Shown here: positions 40,301 through 50,430 of the stretch, piece after piece
How positions within the stretch are numbered: the first letter of the stretch is position 1
Layout of the letters: the number at the start of each line of letters is the position of its first letter
Source of the DNA: Marsupella aquatica
Taxonomy: Eukaryota > Plantae > Marchantiophyta
DNA length: 64,000 nucleotides
Assembly (NCBI GenBank): GCA_973895155.1
Contig: OZ316894.1
Location: 3,496,944 to 3,560,943, forward strand
Reading direction: 5' to 3'
Translations under genes and position numbers: made by a program
Notes under the pieces: generated by a model
Told to the model about the DNA's origin: nothing
Database searches by the model: none
The model's input: only the letters and a program-made list of their open reading frames with translations

Positions 40301-43300
40301 AATAGACCTCATAATGCACAACGATCGGACTAAATACGTGAGAATTGTTAAACGAGCGAAACACAGGATGTCGTTAGTAAACGGGGTTAAGACTTTACTC
40401 ATTCTGCGGAAGATTCCTTGTCCTGCCTCCATACTTGATACACAGAAAAAGGCAAGTGGGACAGCTAGGACCCGCAGGTCTCATGACTTTTTCTTCATCA
40501 AGAATACGAACAGGACACAAAATTGGGTTTTGCCTGTTTGGGTAAAACATCTTTGTTCGAACTCCGGAGTGGTCGTAAAGGACGTGTTCCTGCATCCAGA
40601 CACAATATTAAGACCCGTCATTGAAAATATCATCCACAGGAACGTCTACATAGACTTTAACAGATTCAACCAAGAGATCCTTCACAAAGAAGTTGCCTCT
40701 TGTCTGCACCATTGCACTGACAACATACTCCTTCAATGCAATGGAGTACAACTTCAGCGGGAGAAAAAGCTTTCCAACCATGGTATATAATCCAGTAAAA
40801 TGTGTCTCTAGTTAGCAGAGTGGAACGTAGCTGTAAAATGATAGAGGGTGTGACCTATCGACAGTACAATAGCATGTAAAAGTATTATTAGTGCCTATTC
40901 AGCCCCTGCAGAGATCTACAAGAGTCTAGTACCTCCACGAGCGTGCTCGTTAAAGCTAAAAAAAATTGAATGCCAACGGAAAGGATTTTTATAGGATGGA
41001 GAAAGCAAAGGGCTCCAGCTATTTAACATTCTTTGTAAATCATATGTCAACATTCAATTTAACTTAAACATAACAATATAAGGCTGGCCGTTTACATGAA
41101 CGACCTTCCTTCCTCTCTGAAAACAGACTGGAAACATAGCGAGAAGCTCTGGTCACGAGCTAAACCGAGAAGCTACTCTGATGAAGTCCTGGCCCTATTC
41201 AACGAATTGGGTCACTCACCCCTGGATCCTTTGGAGACTGGTAAGGCTCACCGCGTCGAACAACAGAGAAGTGGCTGAAGTCGAGTTCATACAGGTCTTC
41301 GCAACCGTGCCGAATTCCAAGTGAGGCGAAAACAACGATCTTCCGCATGGTATGAGACTGGGCATTCTTAAGAGCAAGAACTCCTGACTCCATGATCCTC
41401 TTAACCTCTTTCGGACAAAATGCAGTTTTGGGGGCTTTCTTATAGGAGGACATAAGACCAGGGCCCCTGAAAGATACAAGCTCGCCCCCAAAGCCCCTCT
41501 TAGTGAAAAGTACTTTCTCTCCTTGCTTGCCTTTCCTACTGTCCTTCCTACTTTTCCTCCTCCTTTTCTTTGGAGAACCTTCAAATCCATCCTGTACCTG
41601 GGGTCTCTCACCGCTGGCACCTGGGAGGGTTTTCTCTACCTCGTCAGTCAAATCTAACACTCCTCTTTCAGCATTGACCACCGCATCGATAGCGTTCCAA
41701 ACCTGCTGCGGCTCCCCTTCACATCTTCTCTTCTTCTTTGTCCCACCTCCTTCGCCATCCTCATCATCTTCCGGTTCCTCCTCGTCCTCGTCGTCATCCT
41801 CGTCGTCATCATCCGAATCCCCTGAGTCGTCACGTTCTGAAACGATGTCCTTACTCAGTTTCTCCAATTCCGCTGGAGTCACTTCCTCTCGGCTCATCCA
41901 CGTGACTGCGGTGTCATGAGTATCCGTCTGACTTGGATCCTCCAGGGGAAGAGTCACATGCAGTACTACTCCTTCGTCTTCTTTCATCGCTGACGATTCG
42001 TCTGGTTGACTGGAAATATTCCTACTTTCCTCATTCTCACCTTCTCCAGTTGTCCTTTCAATACTTCGCCGGTGTTTCTTGCTTTTCTTCCCACCATTTT
42101 GAACAGAGGCACCCTGAGATTCATAATGACATTTACTCGTCTTAAAACGAATATCAAACAATGAGGTACATGATTCAGTTGAAAGTCACGTTGTTCCTCC
42201 TACCTTTGCCAGTACAAAAGCAATCCAACTACTTCCAAACCCGCATTGGCATCTTTGTTAAGTGGATCGTGAAATTGATAATGCAGACCATCATAGCGTT
42301 CTTTCTGGACTACACAATTGCCACCCGATAACTCATTATACGAACTGTCAAATGCATGCTTCATTCTCCACCCTTCTTCCAAATAACAAACATGAAGTGC
42401 CTGCTCCCTCTCTTCTGGCTCAATTTCACCTCGCCAAAATTCTGTCAACTTTCGACTACGGCTTTGGGAATAGAAAAAATATATTTTCTTTAGATGTATT
42501 CATTGCCAGTTGTCTGCCGTAGCCTTGCGGCCATAGATCCCCGGCCCTGGACGAACGGACCTTCTCATTCGTCTTAAGGTGCATCGAAATTGGGAGAACT
42601 ATGTTGAGGCAGAATCCTGGTTCGAAAAGTATGGGGAATCCAATACGTTCCACTTCAAGGGATACTTTTTGGGCCATTCTCTGAGAGTGCTTACAATGAG
42701 TACCAAGATGCACAATGCAGGTGAAAAGAATCCCGCTACATAAACTTCAATACCGAGCTCGTCTATTCCTGGACAAAGGATGCTCAACCAGAAAGCTTAA
42801 AAGCAAGGGCAAGAGCAAGGGATAGTCTTGAGAATGCGAGACTGTTGTAAAACGACCCGATGAACGTTATCCATCTATTTCTGTAACCGCGAAGCAACAA
42901 TAGCAATTTCTGATTAACAGTCCGGGGAGGACTAATCGAAGAGATCAAATCGGAAAAATGTGAAGTAAATTGGAGAGAGACAGCGATACGACGGGAGAAG
43001 AGACAAACATGTCCGTCAACAACGTTGCCGCCTAGCCGCGCCTCCAGACTGCTTAATCGACCCTGTAATTCCGCATTTTTCTTTCGCTCCCGCTCCAGCT
43101 CCGCGAGCACCTCGCTCACATTCAACCCCTGGAACACAGCGGGCCCCTGCCCCGGCATTTGTCCGGGCATTTGCGGAATTTGCGGATTCCACAAGCCTCC
43201 GTGATAGTGATGATTCCCACTATCGGACATCATATGTGCGTCACCAACACCGTAATGAGAAGATTCCACGTGAGCAGACGCAGTGGCGTGATAGCCATTT

Positions 43301-43872
43301 TGCTCCGCCGAAACTCGCTGCTGGTGCTGCTGTGCATGGGAATGTAGGTGGTGCGTGTTGACGAAACTGTTAGTTGCTTCAACCGCCGCGTTATGGTAAT
43401 GGTGCTGCTGGTGGTAGTGAGGGTAGAGCTGCTGCTGCTGCTGCTGCTGCTGATAGGGATGATGGAAAAAAGGAGGGGCATAATCATTCGGTCCGGACAT
43501 ATCCATCGGCGGAATGGATAATTGACCATCGTCCTCCACCGCCAGCCTCGATCGTTTCAAAGCCTGTCTCGCCCCTCCAAATATTCCACCCCCGCCCCCA
43601 CTCCTCACTCCTCTGTCCAAAGAAGAAGACGAGGCCCGTCCTCCCCCTCTTTCATCATCTTCCCCTAAGGGACGTCCTCCTCCACTTCCTCCCACTCCGA
43701 CCACCTGATCAGAGAGGTGCTGCTCCTGCTGCGAAGAATGGTGGTACGCACCGCTGCTGTCGTGGTGATGATGATGATCAGGCATTGACAAGGCAGGCTC
43801 CGGCGGGTTGTTCGTGGTTGAGGATGATGGCTCGTCTAAGGTGGCGGCGGCGCATGCTTGGAAATCTACCAT
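37366..43872 (-). CDS. Uncharacterised ~944-aa protein: His/Gln-rich N-terminus, coiled coil, acidic region with NLS-like runs, Crypton/DUF3504-like tyrosine-recombinase core, Pro-rich tail; exons 43872-43009, 42113-41220, 40589-40399, 40242-40036, 38637-38577, 37983-37366
   Basis: Six exons with canonical GT-AG sites join in frame (2835 nt) from a start in GCCATGG context. The core reads ASLGIRHGCEDLYEL...NPILCPVRILDEEKVMRP...LFL...YVRQRMGRNKLKSFG...FFFKALGITLLFMAGFPDDLVRKETKYRNLDLLQKYYR. The gene model is well supported, while the domain call is pattern inference. Confidence 0.88.
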
Positions 43873-44752
43873 GGCCTTGCTACCCTCTCTTGCTCCGCTT
43901 CGCACCCTGCTCAACCAACCTCAGCTGATGATGGATAAATGTCTCCCCTCACCAGCAGAAGGCCAATTGGCTACACTACAACACCTTCCCGACTACTGAC
44001 GACACGGCCCTCGACTTGCGGAGAGGCATGTTTTCTGCGACGGGAAAACTCAGCTCACAAAGAGTCGGCCTTTTCTTCAGGCACTCGAATCACCTTGCGG
44101 AAGCGAAATCACACGTCTTTCGTCATCCGCCGGAGCTCCTCTTCCTCCTCCTCCACTTCCCTTGTCTCCCACCTCCCAACGTCAAGGTCAGCATGAACGA
44201 ATTGGTGAAACTCATCAGCACCATGCCCTTTCTTGCTCACACTTTGAAACACGCAGTCCGTGAACGAACAGGCGGCTACAGAGTAATTGATCCGGAACAG
44301 GAATACTGAAGCAATGCTATGTGTTGATTGACAAACGTTCACCTTGCGCGCTTGACGTGTATTCATTCATTCAATCCTCCGAAGAAAACGAAGAAGAAGA
44401 AGAATCAAAGGTGCGTCGCGTCGATACACGGAAAAAACATTCATTAAGCGTTTGCTTCCACATCGAGGACCTCCTCCGAAGTTCAAAATCCAGTCTCACC
44501 CGTCCCAATATCCTCGTTCATCATCTCTTCCAGGCGAAAAGAAATGTCCGTCCTGCCTGCTAAAAAACATACAACGAACACTGCCTGATAAATATCAGAA
44601 ATTGCTGCCCTCATACGAAATCCAATCCACCCGAAATAACGCCCTTCCCTCCTTTCCCCGCTCCGAATGTAAACAATCCAACAATCGTTCGATCAATCCG
44701 CTCTTCCACAGTCCGTCTCCAGATCGGTCACCAAATGGACGGGACGCCGTTA

Positions 44753-45100
44753 CACCCGATTTTCAAACTCGGCCACCGAAGAACGACAAGATGGGAGACG
44801 AAAACCACTCCAAAGCGCTCGAATTCGGGATCCTCGTTGCACCAGAACGCGAGCGAGCCAACGATGCAAAACACCAGTCGAACCAAAAGATCACTCCACA
44901 AATATTCCGACGATGACCGTAACAAGCGCGCTCGGCACCCGATTTTCAAACTCGGGCACCAAAGAACGTCAAGATGGGAGACGAAAACCGCTCCAAAGAG
45001 CTCGAATTCGGAATCCCTCGTCGCACCAGGAAGCGGGCGAGCCAGCGCCGCCACGACCCGGTCGAAGAATCGATCACTCCGTCAGTATTCCGACGATGAA
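44753..45100. repeat. ~183-bp tandem duplication upstream of the Crypton-like gene
   Basis: CACCCGATTTTCAAACTCGG..CACC.AAGAACG.CAAGATGGGAGACGAAAACC occurs at 44753 and 44936. Confidence 0.9.
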
Positions 45101-45661
45101 CGTCATAACCCGAGCACCTCGAGAATCCAATTCATTCATTCGTTCCTTTCCGCCTTTCCTTCCCTTTCCTTTCCTTTCCCTTTGCTTTACTTTGCTTCCT
45201 TTGCTTTTACTTTGCTTTCTCGACAAGGTGAAGAAGAGGACGAAGACACGAGTACCGCCCCCTCCCACCCGTCAATCGCCCCTGCGGGGCTCTGCCACGT
45301 TCAGAGGCGTCGTCTAGCCAACTCGCCCTTTGTCCCTGCGGGGGTCCTGCCACGTCTGCGTAGCAAGGGAGCGCGCACGGTGGACAGGAACGCGGGAAGC
45401 GCTCGACCCGTCGATCAGGGTTGGAGGCTGCCGGGTGGCAAAGCGCCATTAGCCGCTGGACCGACAATGCGTACTCCCGTTGCCATCCTGGCACGCTCAC
45501 GTGTTAAGGCTCGGTTTGCCTACCCAAGTACAACGAAAGAAAGCAAGTTAATGAGCTTCCTACAGTGGATAAAGTATATCCTGCTGTTTATTAGTACACA
45601 CTTGTTCGAATTGATTTGGCGTAAAAAATAATTAATTCAAAGAGCTAGCATTAATTGGAAA

Positions 45662-46450
45662 GTAAGTCTGGATGGACCAAGGGGTTTGGTGTGAGACTCC
45701 TGGATTTTCAAAGCTGGGAGGATTTTCGAAGCTGGTATGGATTGATATGAAATATCAAAATTTGCTCGATGGACCAAGGGGTTTGGTGTGAGACTCGTAG
45801 ATTTTCAAAGCTGGGATAGATTGATATAATATATCAAAATTTTCGCGGTGGACCAAGGGGTTTGGTGTGAGACTCCTAGATTTTCAAAGCTGGGATGAAT
45901 TGATATAAAATTTGCTCGGATAGCATTTTTTACAATTTTGATTCATATGTGACTTATAAATAGGTTCCTGACTGTTGTGCTGTGTTCAATTGTGACTTGC
46001 ACAAATTACTCAGGGCATTCTCAGCGCCCTTTCTCAAAATGGTACGTAGGTGCTTGTGCCCAAGTACTGAAGGAGTTTTCACAAAAGTGAAGAGTCCGTT
46101 GGCGGTTAGTTTATAATATTTGAATATCTTTGCACTCATTGACAATGGAACAAATGGTTCAGAAAAATTTGAAACTTTATCAGGTAATAGATTGGACATC
46201 AGAGAACATGTTGGGAAATTTTGAGCTGAAACAAATATCCAAAATCTATACAAATAAATGCACAAGTTTGCTAAAAACTAACATTTCACAGTTGGTTGAG
46301 ACACCCGAAAGAACTACTCAGGGCATCCTTCTCGAAAGAAACATCCTTCTAAAGATAACCCGACTGTGTATTTTGGGTGTAAAGTGAGATAGTGTGTGTC
46401 ACAGTACATGGGGATGGGCAAACAAACCCCTTGGTCCATCCGGGCTTAAC
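45662..46450. repeat. Three direct copies of TGGACCAAGGGGTTTGGTGTGAGACTC..GATTTTCAAAGCTGGGA plus one inverted copy (probable DNA-transposon subterminal repeats)
   Basis: Direct copies lie at ~45673, 45770 and 45849. The inverted copy ACAAACCCCTTGGTCCATCCGGGCTT lies at ~46422-46447. Confidence 0.75.
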
Positions 46451-46730
46451 GTCCGTTGATTTAAGCACTTTGGAAAATGGATACAAATTAAATAATAGAA
46501 AAGTGAAGACTGGATGGACCTCCATGTTAGAGTGCTCCGATAGACCACATGACTCATTTTCATTGTGTTAATGTGGTCCATGGGGGTTTCAAAATACCAA
46601 TCTTGTGGTCAGTGGAAGCATCACCGTCCCATTTCCAGGGACACTTCATCTCATTTAAAGTTTTTCAAGCTGTCATGTCCATTATTTAGAAAGTGATAGT
46701 CCCATGGACCACAATGTTAGTCTTTTGAAA

Positions 46731-46965
46731 CCCATGGACCACATTTCCCAAAATCTGAAATTAATTGTAATAACTTGATACTCATAAATCCAAATATTTT
46801 TTGTTTTGTGGATGTGCTAGAGGAGTAGGTAAGCTGCACTTACATCAAAGTGACAGTTTATTTTTGGCTATTTTGATTGAGTTATCCATCATGGAATGTG
46901 GAGAGGTAATTTCTATGAGATTAATTTTCATTGTGTTTATATGAAATGTAAGGGCTTGTGGTTTT
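46731..46965. repeat. Dispersed repeat with a second copy at ~63078-63310
   Basis: CCCATGGA.CACATT.CCCAAAAT.TGA..TTAATTGTAATAACTTGAT...GCTAGA.GAG.AG.TAAGCT.CACTT.CATCAAAGTGA is shared by both sites. Confidence 0.8.
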
Positions 46966-47899
46966 TAATTTTACTCAAAACTCATGATCATTGAGTTATA
47001 AGCCCCAAACTCCAATGGACCACCTGCAAATCTGGTCCATGTGAGCTCTCTGTCGAACGTGGAATCCATCCGGGCTTCACTTTCCTTGAAATGTGGAGGA
47101 ATTTCAATTAACATAATAGTTTCTAAAAGTAGATATTAGATCAATGTGGCAGTAACTTGGAAGAAACTGTTAGACATGAAAGCCTGGAAACAACCCTCGG
47201 AACAACCTCTAAATGAAACAATATGCCTTGGAAATTGGTGTTTTCAGTGAAAACAGGCTGTAGACACATGCTTTGGTTGGGTATCATTCAGCAAAATACC
47301 ATGAAAAGTACATTGAGCAAAATTTAACTGAGCACTAGCAATTATAGTCTGGAAGCAAGTTAAAATAACTTGTTAGTCATGATTTAAGTTACCACTTCGA
47401 CATTGTAACACACAAGTAACATTCTGCCCTCCAAACTGAGGGATATAGCTTGCATTTTGAGGGGCTAGTATTATTGCCCACAAATGCCCTGCCCATAGGG
47501 TGTTATACACTTAATCATCTGAGAGGTTTTTATTATGGACCCCAATGGGAAGCTCTTTGCAAAATCCCTGTAAACATGTGCAGCCACATAACACTCTGTG
47601 ATCATAAACAAGAAAGGTTTGTTATGCAAAAGGAAACAAATATGATTATTTATGTATGAGTCTAGGCAAAGAATAATAACTAGAGCCTGTAACTGTAAAA
47701 ACTATCAAAAACTACAAAGTAACACTTTAAATAAACCAAAAAAGGGTAAAAAAAAGGGTAAAGAAAATAGCATTTGGATGGGTCATGATTGATATATTTG
47801 TGTTTTTGAAATAAATGGTATGGGATTTTTTGTTTAATTGGCAAAGTTGTGAAATAACCTTGGATAGTAAGAAACTCTTCAGCTACTATAACATTTACC

Positions 47900-49920
47900 A
47901 AGGTAACATATAAAACCCATTGACTACTATGGACAGAGGATTATCAACTGAACTTAAGAAACCCTTTGGATACTACAACATTAATATTTGCATGGACTCT
48001 ATGGAATGTTATATGGAGTGTATGGACATAGGAGTAAGGGGGGTGTTGCAGACTCTTACCATGAATAATCTCCAATTCTTCCGTCTCATCTCCATATTCA
48101 AATCTATATTCCAGTATGTAACTCTTCATCAGCTCTAACTTGTGGAACAACATCAAACATACATAACCAAAAGGTGTATTTTGATTAAATTAGAGGAGAA
48201 GTTTCATCATGCCCAGTCCATATCTGGATAGTCCTTCTTCTCCATTAAGCACCAAAAACTACAAAGAGATAGTCACAAATTGTGGCAAAGGAACGGAACA
48301 TAAAACTTTCAATGAAATGCTTCTTGTGTCAATAAGTTTGCTAATTAAAAGATCTCAAAGTTGCTCAGACAAAGGGTAGCTTTGTGGGCCTTTGTGAAAG
48401 CTAAGTATTTTCATCAACAGCAACAATGCACAATTTCTCTTCACCAACATTTGTGATCTTAGTGATTGCCTTGGTGAGATTATATTAAAGTGGAATCCAG
48501 TAACGGTTGCTGGCATAATTACTTTGGAGTTTGGACAATGGATGGGACAACTTGGCGGGCATGAAGAAACATCCACAAATCAAACCTTAGCTTTGTCAAT
48601 AGTAAAATGGCGACTGAATCATGACTTACAGCAAGGAATCCGTTCTCAACATGCAACTTCAATACATGATGAAGGCATTGATATCTTGAGCCTCAAGGTC
48701 CATTGTAGCAAACCTGTTGCAATACCCCCAAAGTCCAAGAAGTCACCTTAAGGAAGGTGGTCATGAATGTTTGCTATTAAGATCATAAGCTTCCGGTCAA
48801 CCAGAACATTGCCAACGAGTCACGGACTAGATTTTCCTGAGATATGGGTTGAGGGCCAGGAATCAGAGACCAAAAGTGGTTTTGGGGGTGACAGGAACTC
48901 AAGAGCATATATGAAGAGAGTGCATGTTTAAAATATCCTCACAAGTCATTAGTCAGTCATGATCTGTTGAGTTCTGACACTACTCCTCCAGACAAGGAAA
49001 ATGAAGAATAACACAGGAGGTTGTTTATTTCCAACTTGAGTTGCACCTCAAGAACAATGATCCCAACATGCCATTTTTGCGGCTTGCAGACAATGTCATC
49101 TTTAACCAGGAACCAGAACTTGAAATCCACAAGTCATCTCAAAGAGCTACAGTAGTAGGTGCGTCATGAAATGGGCGACGGGGTCTACTGAGGGAAGAGG
49201 TCCATAGGTGGGCCCCAGGTCAGTAATGGAGCGCTTCACTCATGGCCATAAAAGTGCAGCCAGTTCAACCACTCCAGTTAAATTTCAAGTCCCGAAATAT
49301 GGAACCAAAAAATGAGCATGACATGGATAGGACACAGCGGATACACAAACTTCCACTCATCCACTTTCTCAGGCTTCTGAGGAAGATTAAGTTCTCAGAC
49401 CCTGTTTCCAATTTCAGTAACTGGCAGCTCTTTGAAGTTGTAGAAGGATCTACATTCCACTTGAACATTAGAGAAAATTGCCCAAGTACATGCATCTTCT
49501 TTAGAAGATACATATATGCTACAAATTGAGTAGAAGGGTGAGACCATGGCAGTAAAACTACTCATAAATTGGGGTATTCTAAAGAACACTGTTGCTGAGA
49601 CATATCCAATTACAAAGATCCGAACTAAAAAAAAGAGAAGAAACAGGATTTGAGAATTCTACAAGTGTACAATTGCCTTTCTAGTATTACAAGTGACCTA
49701 TGTTATATATTTGTCCTTTCAATCGGGTGCGCCAGCACGTCCACCACATGACAATACCAGGTGCCCTTATACCCAACAACCTGGAGGTGCACCAACACGT
49801 ACAGCTGTATGCGTTAATCCAGTTATGCTGTGCATTTACACACCCAGTCAACCCAAGCTATGCCACGGTTCCAAAAGAACACTATTTGGGAGCGAAATGC
49901 TCCCACTTCCAGGATTTGGG
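47900..49920 (-). mobile_element. Possible highly decayed transposase remnant (Mutator/GCM-like)
   Basis: Only scattered peptides interrupted by stops are visible: LG*LGV*M (compare CLGVY.C), VMIQSPF, KHFIESF and HSIESMQ. The evidence is weak. Confidence 0.25.
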
Positions 49921-49972
49921 CACCACTTACAGAGTACTGCAAATATTTCTTGCTGCTCTTGATCTTTCCCAA

Positions 49973-50365
49973 TGAGACTGGGAGTACCCAGACTTCTCAA
50001 TATGTACTCCTCCATCCCCACAATTTTGAGACTGGGAGTACCCAGACTTCTCAAAATATATTCCTCCATCCCCACAATTTTGAGACTGGGAGTACCCAGA
50101 CTTGTCAATATGTACTCCTCCAACCCAACAATTTTGAGACTGGGAGCACCCAGACTTGTCAATATGTCCTCCTCCAACCCCACAATTTTGAGACTGGGAG
50201 TACCCAGACTTGCCAATATGTATTCCTCCATCCCCATAATTATGAGACTGGGAGTACCCAGACTTGTCAATATGTATTCCTCCATCCCCACAATTATGAG
50301 ACTGGGAGTACCCAGACTTGTCAATATGTATTCCTCCATCCCCATAATTTTGAGACTAGGAGTAC
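49973..50365. repeat. 54-bp minisatellite, 7 full units plus a partial unit
   Basis: The unit TGAGACTGGGAGTACCCAGACTT(G/C)TCAATATGTA(T/C)TCCTCCATCCCCACAATT(T/A) starts at 49973, 50027, 50081 and so on to 50351. Confidence 0.95.
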
Positions 50366-50430
50366 TTCCAGCCTACGGGTGTAGGGAACCTCGCCTTGCA
50401 TAGGGTGTGATCTCCACTTCTTGTCACTTT

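Noticed and set aside
41503-43928. Antisense ORFs (41503-41919, 43374-43928; also 37500-37961 and 6961-7482)
   Set aside because: They are shadow frames of real exons on the opposite strand.
44735-45631. 298-aa plus-strand ORF
   Set aside because: It is built from the 183-bp duplication and simple-sequence tracts in GC-rich promoter DNA, with no recognisable domain.
49973-50365. CRISPR-like array (palindromic repeat at regular spacing)
   Set aside because: The intervening sequences are near-identical, not unique spacers. There are no cas genes and the context is eukaryotic, so it is a minisatellite.
49830-50403. ORFs 49830-50384, 49848-50345 and 49972-50403 as repeat proteins
   Set aside because: They are open only because the 54-bp unit lacks stops in those frames. 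No gene structure or known motif supports them.
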